Source: an uncultured virus (IMG/VR IMGVR_UViG_3300023208_000399)
Taxonomy: Duplodnaviria > Heunggongvirae > Uroviricota > Caudoviricetes
Strand: one strand, 5' to 3'
Virus record (IMG/VR): IMGVR_UViG_3300023208_000399
Length of the DNA: 21,896 nt
The notes under the pieces are model-generated. The model was not told where the DNA came from, made no database searches, and was given only the letters and a program-made list of their open reading frames with translations. The translations under genes and the position numbers were made by a program. Positions 7,384 to 15,549 of this stretch are shown here, piece by piece. How positions within the stretch are numbered: the stretch's first letter is position 1; every line of letters begins with the position of its first letter.

Positions 7384-9560
7384 TAGTCTCCTTGGATGAT
7401 GTTTCCGTTCCTATCGACGCGCGTGACACCGCCAGCACTGGCGGTCTGGGTTGAGCCGGGGGCGCGGGTGTTGCCACCGCCCGGCGGGGCGGCTGCACGT
7501 TGAGTCAGTCGGGGGGTATATTCAGCAATGATGTCGTCGGCCGCTTTCATGGGGGCGGCGCCTCCTGCGACGCGGCGTTCCCATTCGATCAGGGCTTCGG
7601 CGCCGATGCGGCGACGTGACGGCGGGGCGCCTTCGCCGACGAGTTGGCCGAGAGCCGAGCCGACATAGGATCGGGCGACAGTCGCGGTGCGACGTTCCTC
7701 GGGCGGGACGCTGGCGGTCTGACGAGAGCCAGCGGCCACACGTTCCTTCACCGCCAGATAGGCGCGGGTCGCATTGCGTCCGGTCCCGAAACGTCCCGCA
7801 TTGTAGTCGCGATCTGCTTGGGCGCCGATGCTGGCGTAGTTGGGTTCGGCCGTGGCGAAGCGGCTGGCGTAGTTGAGAGCCAAGTCCTCGTTAGCCTCGC
7901 CGTCCGCGACATCGTTGCGGAGGCTGCGGAAGGCGCCGCGCATGGTCATGGCCTCGCCGGGTTCGAGAACCCCGTTGGCTGCTGCGGTCTGGATCGCCTC
8001 GTCCACGTTCTCGCCGCGAAGCGAGCGGTTGTAGAGGTCGATGGTCAGGTCGTCCTTGGCTTCCACACGCGCCTTTTCGGTGCGGCGTTCGGTGTCGGCC
8101 TCGACGCCCTCAATCGCGTTCAGGACGCGGATTTGCTGGGCCGAGGTCAGAACCGAGGCGCCCGGTGCGCGAGCGCGCCGTTGGGCCGGGGTTTCTGCAT
8201 CCGCGACTTCGACGGCTGGAGCCGCCGGGTCTGCGGCTGCGGTCTGCGCCGGTTGGCCGACGATGGAGCGCGGGTCGATGCGGCGCCCTTGAGCGTCGCG
8301 AGCCGAGAAGTGAAGGTGCGGGCCGGTCGAGTTGCCGGTGTTGCCGGAAGCGGCGAACGCCGTGCCTTGCGACACGCGATCTCCTGCCTTGACGGTGATC
8401 GTGTCGAGGTGGGCGTAGCCGGTCACGCGACCGTCTGCGTGACGGATCAGGACGGTGTTGCCGCCCCGTCCACGCGGGCCAGCGAACTCCACGACGCCAT
8501 CCGCCGGTGCCACGACGGGCGTTCCAATCGGAACTGCGATGTCGATGCCGCCGTGATCGGTGGATGCACCACGAAGCGGAGCGCGGCGGGAACCGAAGCC
8601 CGAGGTCACGCGGCCTTCCAGCGGCATGATGTAGGTCGAGGCGGGAGCCGGAGCAGCCGGAGCCGGTTCGGGTTCAGCGACGACGGACGGAAGCGGCTGG
8701 CCTTCGATCACCGCACTGTTCGCGTTGGCGCGAGCCTCTTCGATTTCGGCCGCCACATCTTCCGGGCGACGGGTGTCGATCAGCGAGTAAAGGCCGGATA
8801 GATCGCCGGTCTGGGTGGCGTAGGCGACGACGGCGTTGACGACTTCCTCTTGGACGGCGACGCCATCAAGGCCAGCCTCTTTCAGGCGGCGCACGGTTCC
8901 GAGAAGGTCGATGCCCTCGCCACGGCCCAGCGCGGCTTGAACCTCGCCGGTCGTCATTTCGAGCATTTCGCGGTCGGTGCGCTCTTGCAGGACGCCGGAT
9001 GCGCGAGCGTTCAGGTCGTTCGACCAACGCTGCATCCGCTGTCCGACCTGAAGGCGGACCTCCGGGCTTTCGAACAGGTCGCTGACCTCGCCGATGAAGG
9101 CCGAGGATCGCTCGTTCATGTAGGTCTCGATGTCCTCGACCGTCGCGCCGTTCTGGATCAGGTCGTCCAGACCTTGGGCGGTTTCCGTCTCGAACTTCGT
9201 CTGACGGTTGGACGCCGTGACGCTGTAGTAGGCGCGCTGATAGGCGGTAGCTTGGGCCTTGGCCGGGTCCATTTCGACACCGGCAAGGGCGTCGGTCGTG
9301 CCCTGTGCGAACTCGCCTTCGGCCCGCTTGGCGGTCTGGGCGATGTCGTTGCGGAAGTAGGCTTCGGCTGCGTCCTGCGTCTGGCCGAAGAACCGGCGAA
9401 GTTCGTCGAGATTGTTGCCGCGCTGGGCGTCGCGCATCGAGGCGTTGATGCGAACCGGGTCAACGCGATCTTCGCGGCGGGTCGGGAGGATCGCATCACG
9501 GTTGTTGGTGATGCGGTCTTGCGTCGTGCGACGCTGGGATTGTCTGGAAAGGTCGGCCAT
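7383..9560 (-). CDS. internal virion protein C (gp15 position) with an internal M23-family peptidase domain
   Basis: 725 aa, syntenic with gp15. The segment at about 8260-8633 carries M23/LytM motifs HGGID (HxxxD), YAHL and GNTGNSTGPHLHF (HxH). Confidence 0.88.
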   Translation of the reverse strand: MADLSRQSQRRTTQDRITNNRDAILPTRREDRVDPVRINASMRDAQRGNNLDELRRFFGQTQDAAEAYFRNDIAQTAKRAEGEFAQGTTDALAGVEMDPAKAQATAYQRAYYSVTASNRQTKFETETAQGLDDLIQNGATVEDIETYMNERSSAFIGEVSDLFESPEVRLQVGQRMQRWSNDLNARASGVLQERTDREMLEMTTGEVQAALGRGEGIDLLGTVRRLKEAGLDGVAVQEEVVNAVVAYATQTGDLSGLYSLIDTRRPEDVAAEIEEARANANSAVIEGQPLPSVVAEPEPAPAAPAPASTYIMPLEGRVTSGFGSRRAPLRGASTDHGGIDIAVPIGTPVVAPADGVVEFAGPRGRGGNTVLIRHADGRVTGYAHLDTITVKAGDRVSQGTAFAASGNTGNSTGPHLHFSARDAQGRRIDPRSIVGQPAQTAAADPAAPAVEVADAETPAQRRARAPGASVLTSAQQIRVLNAIEGVEADTERRTEKARVEAKDDLTIDLYNRSLRGENVDEAIQTAAANGVLEPGEAMTMRGAFRSLRNDVADGEANEDLALNYASRFATAEPNYASIGAQADRDYNAGRFGTGRNATRAYLAVKERVAAGSRQTASVPPEERRTATVARSYVGSALGQLVGEGAPPSRRRIGAEALIEWERRVAGGAAPMKAADDIIAEYTPRLTQRAAAPPGGGNTRAPGSTQTASAGGVTRVDRNGNIIQGD

Positions 9561-9563
9561 GGA

Positions 9564-10046
9564 TCAGTTCGGACCCTTGGCTGCTGCGCTCTGCTGAAGC
9601 TGGAGGCTCTTGCCGCCGTAGTATCCTTGGGCGCCCGCTGTAGCGATGCGGAGACCCGCGCCGAGAATGGTCGGCGACTGGATGCGGCTGGACATGGAGT
9701 TGGCTTCGGCGGCGGCGGCGCGCTGCTGGGACTCTGCGTTGAGGTTTGTGCGTTCGGCGGAAAGTTGGGTCTGCATCAAGCTGTCCTTGAGAAGAGCTTC
9801 GATGCTTCCCCCGATATTTAGACCGGCTTCACCGGCGGCGACCTTGATGCGGGCCTGCTCCTTTCGGGCGACGCGCTGACGCTCGTTGAGTTCGGCGGTC
9901 TGGGCGACGCGGATTTCCTGCTGGGCGGTGGCAAGCTGGTTGTCGATGGCCTTCTGTTGGGCCTTGGCGGACTGCATTTGACCGATGGTTTCGGTCGCAG
10001 CCCCGACGACAGCGAGGGTCGTCATGATGGTCACGGGATCACAGAT
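9564..10046 (-). CDS. internal virion protein B (T7 gp14-like), apparent ATC start
   Basis: xCDPVTIMTTLAVVGAA...GQMQSAKAQQKA...ARIKVAAGEAGLNIGGS is gp14-like. GGAGG at 10060-10056 lies 9 nt before ATC-TGT-GAT-CCC. The start position is inferred. Confidence 0.82.
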   Translation of the reverse strand: MCDPVTIMTTLAVVGAATETIGQMQSAKAQQKAIDNQLATAQQEIRVAQTAELNERQRVARKEQARIKVAAGEAGLNIGGSIEALLKDSLMQTQLSAERTNLNAESQQRAAAAEANSMSSRIQSPTILGAGLRIATAGAQGYYGGKSLQLQQSAAAKGPN

Positions 10047-10557
10047 GGATTGGTCCCTCCTGAATGCTGCTGATGAGGTAGAATGGGCGGCTCTCGCGGC
10101 CATGGGTGAGATCGACGTCCTCGATCTGGAACCCAGCGCGGAAGAGCCAGAGAATGCTCATGCTGTTGCGAGCATCGACGTGATTGAAGAGACGCGGCCA
10201 ACGCTCGTGCCACCGTCTGATGACGGCGTAGGTCTCGCGACCGATGGCGATCTTGGCCCTCGGTCTTTCCATGCCCGGCGTCCCGAGCATCCAGACGATG
10301 CCGGAAGCCGGGTCGTCGGAAGGCCCCACGCCATAGACGGCGATGGCCTTGCTATCGTCGGTGATGACCCAAGCGTCCAAGCTGTTCATGACCGACATCG
10401 TGAGAACCAGAAGCGGGTCTGGATCACCGATGGTCAGGAGAGGGTTGGTCGCTCTGATCTCGTCGAAGTCGGCGGGGCGCATGTCGTTCGCGATGGCGTC
10501 GAGCCAGTCGTGAATCTGTTCGCCCGATACGTCGGCGAGGTCATGGAATTCGATCAT
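10039..10557 (-). CDS. T7 gp13-like protein (internal virion protein A / acetyltransferase-like fold)
   Basis: MRPADFDEIRA, GIVWMLGT and LFNHVDARNSMSILWLFRAGF motifs; lies between tail tube B and the gp14-like gene. Confidence 0.85.
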   Translation of the reverse strand: MIEFHDLADVSGEQIHDWLDAIANDMRPADFDEIRATNPLLTIGDPDPLLVLTMSVMNSLDAWVITDDSKAIAVYGVGPSDDPASGIVWMLGTPGMERPRAKIAIGRETYAVIRRWHERWPRLFNHVDARNSMSILWLFRAGFQIEDVDLTHGRESRPFYLISSIQEGPIHL

Positions 10558-10567
10558 GGGGAAAGGC

Positions 10568-10591
10568 CCTGACCGCCCGGAGGCGGTCAGG
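10568..10591 (-). promoter_or_regulatory. 10-bp hairpin with UCCG tetraloop overlapping the tail tube B stop codon
   Basis: Minus strand CCTGACCGCC-TCCG-GGCGGTCAGG, a perfect stem ending 10 nt before the next ATG. Confidence 0.65.
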
Positions 10592-12794
10592 TTCTGGAAC
10601 GGTTGTAGTAGTTAGCTTCCCACTCGGCCGCGACGAACGTCGAGGCGACGTGGGTGTCGTTGGCGATGCGGATGCGGGTCGTCGTGTTCTGGCCGTAGAC
10701 CTGAAAACGGTGAGTCCCTGTCGCGTAGGCCGGGGCGTTCAGACGGAAGCTCGCGGCGCCCAAGGTCTTGCCGCTGAACTGCGAGAGTTTGGCGGGCAGG
10801 ATTTCTTCGACGTTCGGATTGAAGCCGTAGGGCGCAACCGAGGTCTTGAAATAGGCGGTGTCCACGAAGTTGACGTTGAACGTCCGCAACGTGGTGCGGC
10901 CGGTCGTGATGGCCTCGCCGCGCTGGGTCCGCATGTATTGCGTCGAGAACTCGAACGCGAACTCGTAGCCTTCGCCGATCACGACAGGACCGGCGATCTC
11001 GCTGGCCGGAACCTCGACGATGTTGTCTGTGATCCAGACGTAGGTCGAAGGGTCGATCAGCGTTTGCGGCCGGGTCGTGAAGGCGTCACCCCGGACGATC
11101 TCGAACCGGTCTTTGACCGGGCGATACGGAAGGATGAACTGCGTCGTGTTCGTGGTCTGCTGATACTCGCCGGTGACGGTCGCCCGACGATCCAGATGGA
11201 TTTGTCGGGAGGTCTGGGCCGGGCGCGAGCCAGCGGTCAGGTTGACCTTTTCCAGCCATAGGCCGTCGTTGCGCTCGACGGTCAGGAAGACGTTGCCCTT
11301 GAGATAGGCGCCGGAGACGATCCGGGCGCCGGGTCCGAAGTCCCACTCGTGCCAAGCCGACTGAAGCTTCTCGTCGGACGAAGCCCAATAGAAGTTGTAG
11401 CAGTAGACCGTGTTCGGGGCGCCGTGCGTCAGGACGAATAGAGCCGACAGGTCATCGGCCGGGATCAGGTCGTGGACGCCAGCCGGGATGTAGCGGTCGC
11501 AATGCGCCGTCACGTCCGAGGCCGTGGTCGTGTCAGCCCCGGCGAGCCGGGTGTATTCCATGACCTTCGCATACCCGCTGTTCTCGACTGCGAAGTAGAT
11601 TTCGGAGCCGAGTGCGGCGAGGCCAGCGGACGTGTTGAGGGTGTAGTTCGTCGTCGGCCGGATCGCGAGCGACGATGCGTTCAGCCCGAGTTCGCCATGC
11701 GACATGCTGAACTGTGTCTGGTCGGACGTGAGCAGGATGCCGTCATTGTGGGTGGTCGCATCAAGCAGCGGCGAGACCTTGGTAGAGGTCGCCCCGGCGT
11801 CCAGCACATCGCTTTCCAGATAGTCGGTCTGGGACATCCGCCAGAAGTTCCCGAAGTCACCGACGCACGAGAGGATGCAGTTCTCGTCGTAGAGGAACGC
11901 CAAGCGGTTTTGATAGAAGAACACCTTGCGGATCGGGCGACCGATGAAGCCGGGGTTCGGGTTGATCTCGGTATCGCCGACGCGGCGATGCGCCCACGAG
12001 AACGGAGCGAAGACGAACGTGCCGTCGCTATCGCGGACCAATGCGTGAGGCATGGTCTTGTAGTCGATGGCGTTGACCAGTCCGGGCTTGACGCATTCCT
12101 CCCAGACGCCGCCGCGACGGACGACATAGTAGGACATGAACCCGCCAGTCTCGTCGCCTTGGACACGGTAGATCGCGCCTTCGGCCGGGGGCGTGTCGCC
12201 TTGATTGACCGGCGGCAGTTTGTCGAACCGCTGCACCGTGCCGGTGATGACGCCGTAAGCTGGGTTCAGCGGATAGCTGTAGGTGCTTCCCGGTGCGTAG
12301 GGATCGCCATTAGCGTCGGTGCCGATCCGGCGGTTCAGCCAGATTTGTTCGGCGGGATCGGGCTGGGTATCGGCGCCGAGGGCGCCCATGGCGCACTTCA
12401 CGCGGCGGTTCGTGATGAAGGTGTAGTCCGCGACGCTGAACGCCGAGATGTCGGTGCTGTAGTCCTCGACGGTCGAGAGATAGCCCCATCCGCCGGGAGC
12501 GGTGACGGTCTTCTCTTCGCCGGTCAGGGTGTCGAACACCTTTATCTGACCGTCTGCGACGATGACGACATACTGTTCAATGGTGTCGCGGTTGATGGTG
12601 TGGACGTGTGCGTTTTCCGGCGCGGTCGGCGTCAGCCGGGCGATGATCTCGGAGGGGGCGCGTTTGGTCAGGCCGGTCGCGATGGACGGCCAGCCGTTGG
12701 TCAGGCTTTCGAGTTGATCGGGCGAGCGGACCAGCGGCGATTGCTGCGAAACGCCCCCGTGAAGGGACGGCAGCGAGCGGGTCACGAGGCTCAC
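10587..12794 (-). CDS. tail tubular protein B (nozzle, T7 gp12-like)
   Basis: 735 aa; SLPSLHGGVSQQ...GLTKR N-terminus, NPNPGFIG..I..VFFYQNRLAFL and KLQSAWHEW motifs; GTGA overlap with tube A. Confidence 0.95.
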   Translation of the reverse strand: MSLVTRSLPSLHGGVSQQSPLVRSPDQLESLTNGWPSIATGLTKRAPSEIIARLTPTAPENAHVHTINRDTIEQYVVIVADGQIKVFDTLTGEEKTVTAPGGWGYLSTVEDYSTDISAFSVADYTFITNRRVKCAMGALGADTQPDPAEQIWLNRRIGTDANGDPYAPGSTYSYPLNPAYGVITGTVQRFDKLPPVNQGDTPPAEGAIYRVQGDETGGFMSYYVVRRGGVWEECVKPGLVNAIDYKTMPHALVRDSDGTFVFAPFSWAHRRVGDTEINPNPGFIGRPIRKVFFYQNRLAFLYDENCILSCVGDFGNFWRMSQTDYLESDVLDAGATSTKVSPLLDATTHNDGILLTSDQTQFSMSHGELGLNASSLAIRPTTNYTLNTSAGLAALGSEIYFAVENSGYAKVMEYTRLAGADTTTASDVTAHCDRYIPAGVHDLIPADDLSALFVLTHGAPNTVYCYNFYWASSDEKLQSAWHEWDFGPGARIVSGAYLKGNVFLTVERNDGLWLEKVNLTAGSRPAQTSRQIHLDRRATVTGEYQQTTNTTQFILPYRPVKDRFEIVRGDAFTTRPQTLIDPSTYVWITDNIVEVPASEIAGPVVIGEGYEFAFEFSTQYMRTQRGEAITTGRTTLRTFNVNFVDTAYFKTSVAPYGFNPNVEEILPAKLSQFSGKTLGAASFRLNAPAYATGTHRFQVYGQNTTTRIRIANDTHVASTFVAAEWEANYYNRSRT

Positions 12795-13402
12795 TTATCG
12801 GACCTCCAAGCCCGGCCACGCCGGTTGAGGGATGCCGCGAGAGCCTTGTTGGCGCGGAAGATGTTGATGTCGGCCGAGGCGGACTGCTGGCGTTGCAGCG
12901 TCAGCCATGCGCGGCGTTGATCCTCTTCGCCGAAGCGATCAGCGGCAGGGTCGCCGATGACGCGCGCGGTGAACTTCCGACCGGCTGCGATCACGGCGTA
13001 TCCGCGAGCGGCTTCCGGCAAGGCGTCGAAGGTGAAGGACCATTTGATGCGGACCTTGACCGGCAGGGCCATCACCCACGTCAGGTTCGCAGCATCCCAG
13101 AGGCCGAAGCCCTTCGTCGGATGCTTGCGGACGATCAGGTCTTGGGCCTTGTCCATCGGGTCGATGTCGAGGGCGCCAGAGGGGACGGCGATGAAACCGT
13201 CGATGTCGGGGGAGAGGACGAAATCCTCATCGGTGTTGAACTTGAAGCCGTAGAGGCAGACTTCGCGAACGACCTTGTTCAGTTCTCCGAGCGCGATGGA
13301 TTGATCGACGATCTCGGGAATGATGGCGTTGACGGGAAGCTGGCCGATGCCGATCAGCATGTCGTTGACGGCCTCAAGTTCCGTCATGGGCGCAGCCAGC
13401 AT
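12791..13402 (-). CDS. tail tubular protein A (adaptor, T7 gp11-like)
   Basis: TELEAVNDMLIGIGQLPVN...GFKFNT...FDALPEAARGY motifs; SD AAGGAG; follows the capsid terminator. Confidence 0.95.
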   Translation of the reverse strand: MLAAPMTELEAVNDMLIGIGQLPVNAIIPEIVDQSIALGELNKVVREVCLYGFKFNTDEDFVLSPDIDGFIAVPSGALDIDPMDKAQDLIVRKHPTKGFGLWDAANLTWVMALPVKVRIKWSFTFDALPEAARGYAVIAAGRKFTARVIGDPAADRFGEEDQRRAWLTLQRQQSASADINIFRANKALAASLNRRGRAWRSDK

Positions 13403-13429
13403 GGGCGCGGTCTCCTTCGGAACGAGGTG

Positions 13430-13466
13430 AAAAAAAGGACGCGCCCTCGTGAGAGAGCGCGCCCTT
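13430..13466 (-). terminator. intrinsic terminator after the capsid gene (T-phi equivalent)
   Basis: Minus strand AAGGGCGCGCTCTC-TCAC-GAGGGCGCGTCC followed by T7. Confidence 0.9.
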
Positions 13467-13489
13467 CTGGTTTGGCGGTTTGCCGGTCG

Positions 13490-14449
13490 TTAGGCCGGGA
13501 TGGCGCCGGTGCGGAGTTCGACCGCATCCGAGGCGCGGAACGTGTCCGTGCCGGTCATCTGACGCGCGAGGATCAGCGTGCCTTGCTTGCTGATCTGGTC
13601 TTCGGTCTGCACCGAGACGCCTTGGACTTCGGCGGTGCCGATGGCGTCCTTGGTCCAGACGGCGCCGACAGTCGTGCCCATCTTCAGACGGTAGCGAGCC
13701 GGGATCGTCAGGTTGGCCGAGTCGTCAGCACCGAACGGTGCGATGTTCGACTTGATGATCTTAATGCCGTCGATGGTTTCGAGGGTGTGCTTGCGGAGCG
13801 AAGCGTCACCGCCGTTGTAGTCGCGGTTCAGGTTCTTGTCCGAGCGCGCCATCAGATACCATTGGGCGTTCTTCACGAGACCGAACACATCGACCATATC
13901 GACGCGGACGTTCTTGCCGTCGAGGTTTTCCTTGGCCTTGGAGAAGGCTTCGAAAAGCTTGGTGGCGTCCGTGAGCAGAGCCGCATCCACGACCGGGGTC
14001 GAGGCGCCGCCGCCGAGCAGGTCGGTCACACGAGCAGCCTTCACGACCGCGCGCATGGCGTTCTGGTCGAACTGAACGGCCAGAGCTTCAGCCAGTTGGC
14101 GAACGTATTCCGAGCGGATGTCGAAGTGGTTCAGGATTTCTTGAATGTCGGAGACGAACACGTCCGAGATCAGCTTGTCGTCGGACGACAGCACGATCTC
14201 ATCGTGGTCGATTTGCTTGCCGACGATCTCGGTGCCCGGCGTGTGGTAGGTCGCGGTCGCGCGGCCGACGCGGGGGAAGCGCAGCGACTTGCCGTTGGAC
14301 AGCGAGAAGATGCGGTGCTTGTCGCGCATGACGGTCATGCGCTCGTAGGATGCTTGGACCTCGCCGCCGAAGATATCGAGCAGCAGGTTGTTGGTGCCAG
14401 CGGGATCACCGGCCTTGTAGCCGGGATTCGAGGGGGTGGAGTTAGCCAT
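13490..14449 (-). CDS. major capsid protein (T7 gp10A-like, 319 aa)
   Basis: Start moved to ATG 14449 (SD AAGGAG). LLLDIFGGEVQASY, SNGKSLRFPRVG, YHTPG and HFDIRSEYVRQLAEALA motifs. Confidence 0.96.
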   Translation of the reverse strand: MANSTPSNPGYKAGDPAGTNNLLLDIFGGEVQASYERMTVMRDKHRIFSLSNGKSLRFPRVGRATATYHTPGTEIVGKQIDHDEIVLSSDDKLISDVFVSDIQEILNHFDIRSEYVRQLAEALAVQFDQNAMRAVVKAARVTDLLGGGASTPVVDAALLTDATKLFEAFSKAKENLDGKNVRVDMVDVFGLVKNAQWYLMARSDKNLNRDYNGGDASLRKHTLETIDGIKIIKSNIAPFGADDSANLTIPARYRLKMGTTVGAVWTKDAIGTAEVQGVSVQTEDQISKQGTLILARQMTGTDTFRASDAVELRTGAIPA

Positions 14450-14697
14450 TAGGCTCCTTGATTGAGAGAGAGTTTTTGGCTCCCGTCGATCAATCGGAGT
14501 CCGCTGGCGCAAAGGTTGTCGGAGTGATCCGGCCTCTTCGCAGCCGGATGTTTCCGCTTTGATTTGGGAGAAAGGGTTAGGCCGGGCTTTCACCGGCCGC
14601 CCGCCCGCAGACGGTCAGTTCCGTGTTTGCGCTGGGAACTGTGCGGCCCCGCTGGCGAGCCTCTGTGGAGGCAAGCGATCAGGGTCTTATGGGTGCT
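14450..14697 (-). ncRNA. candidate structured leader RNA upstream of the capsid gene
   Basis: 248-nt intergenic region with at least five inverted repeats: 14659-14672, 14616-14641, 14580-14598, 14527-14549 and 14478-14502. Family not recognised. Confidence 0.45.
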
Positions 14698-15549
14698 TTA
14701 GAGCAGCGTTCCTGCTGCTTGTGAGCGAGCGACCTTCGCCGCGACCTCTGCCACAAAGGCACGGTCGGTCTGGTATCGGTCGGTCTTCATCGCGGCGACC
14801 ATTTCCGATTTGGATCGGAACACGTCACCGACTGCGGTGCCCGGCATCGACTCGACGAACGAGCCTTCGGACGGACGAGCCGCCTTGTATTTCGCCACCA
14901 ACCATTCGATGCCTTGAGTGGCGGTCGTGGGGTTGGAGACGAGGGTGTTGTAGCTGTCGATCTCCGCTGCGGTCAGGGACTTTGAAGCCCAATCCGTTGC
15001 AGCGTCGAAGACATCCTCGCCGCCCGCCGTCGCATGTGCCTGTTGGAATGCGAGTTGGGACATGGCCGACAAACCGGCGAGGTAGTTTTCTACGACGGAC
15101 TGCGGGACGCCGAGCTTCACGATCTCTGCGATCTGATCTTCGGCGGGTTGTCCCTGCGTCTCTTCGTAGTGTTTGGCGAATGACTCGAACGCGGTCGTGA
15201 CAGGGTTGGCCTCGACTTGTGCCGGGGTCTCTTCCGTCGCCGGTTTGATGGTCAGGTCGTTAGGCTTGGCCGCTTGGTCAGCGGGCTTGTCCTCGGGCTT
15301 CGCAGCCGACTTCATCTTCTCCAGTTCCGCGTAAGACTTGGCGAGATCATCGACGCGGATCGTGCCCGCTTCTGCATCCCAGAACTTCTCGGGGATGTGG
15401 GCGGGGCGTTCCGGCTTGGCCGGGGTTTCCGGTGCCGACAGGGAGTCTTTGTAGGTCGAGGGGTCTGCACCCTCTGGGAAGGCCGACGCCGGAATCTGCG
15501 AATAGTCAGCGGGCGTGGTGGTCTCTGTGACCGGGCTTTCGAGGCTCAT
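14698..15549 (-). CDS. capsid assembly scaffolding protein (T7 gp9-like)
   Basis: ERPAHIPEKFW, DLAKSYAELEK, AGGEDVFDAATDWA and FRSKSEMVAAMKTDRY motifs; lies between portal and capsid. Confidence 0.94.
   Translation of the reverse strand: MSLESPVTETTTPADYSQIPASAFPEGADPSTYKDSLSAPETPAKPERPAHIPEKFWDAEAGTIRVDDLAKSYAELEKMKSAAKPEDKPADQAAKPNDLTIKPATEETPAQVEANPVTTAFESFAKHYEETQGQPAEDQIAEIVKLGVPQSVVENYLAGLSAMSQLAFQQAHATAGGEDVFDAATDWASKSLTAAEIDSYNTLVSNPTTATQGIEWLVAKYKAARPSEGSFVESMPGTAVGDVFRSKSEMVAAMKTDRYQTDRAFVAEVAAKVARSQAAGTLL

Noticed and set aside
13403..13495. T7 gp10B-type frameshift extension of the capsid
   Set aside because: The terminator starts about 25 nt after the stop and tube A follows at once, leaving no room; no slippery site is evident.
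14450..14593. 48-aa N-terminal extension of the capsid ORF in the ORF track
   Set aside because: A strong SD precedes ATG 14449, capsid similarity begins there, and the extension lies in the hairpin-rich leader.
14570..14655. tRNA or cobalamin riboswitch suggested by GGTGAAAGCCC
   Set aside because: No cloverleaf, TTC T-loop or B12-box can be built; kept only as a generic structured-RNA candidate.
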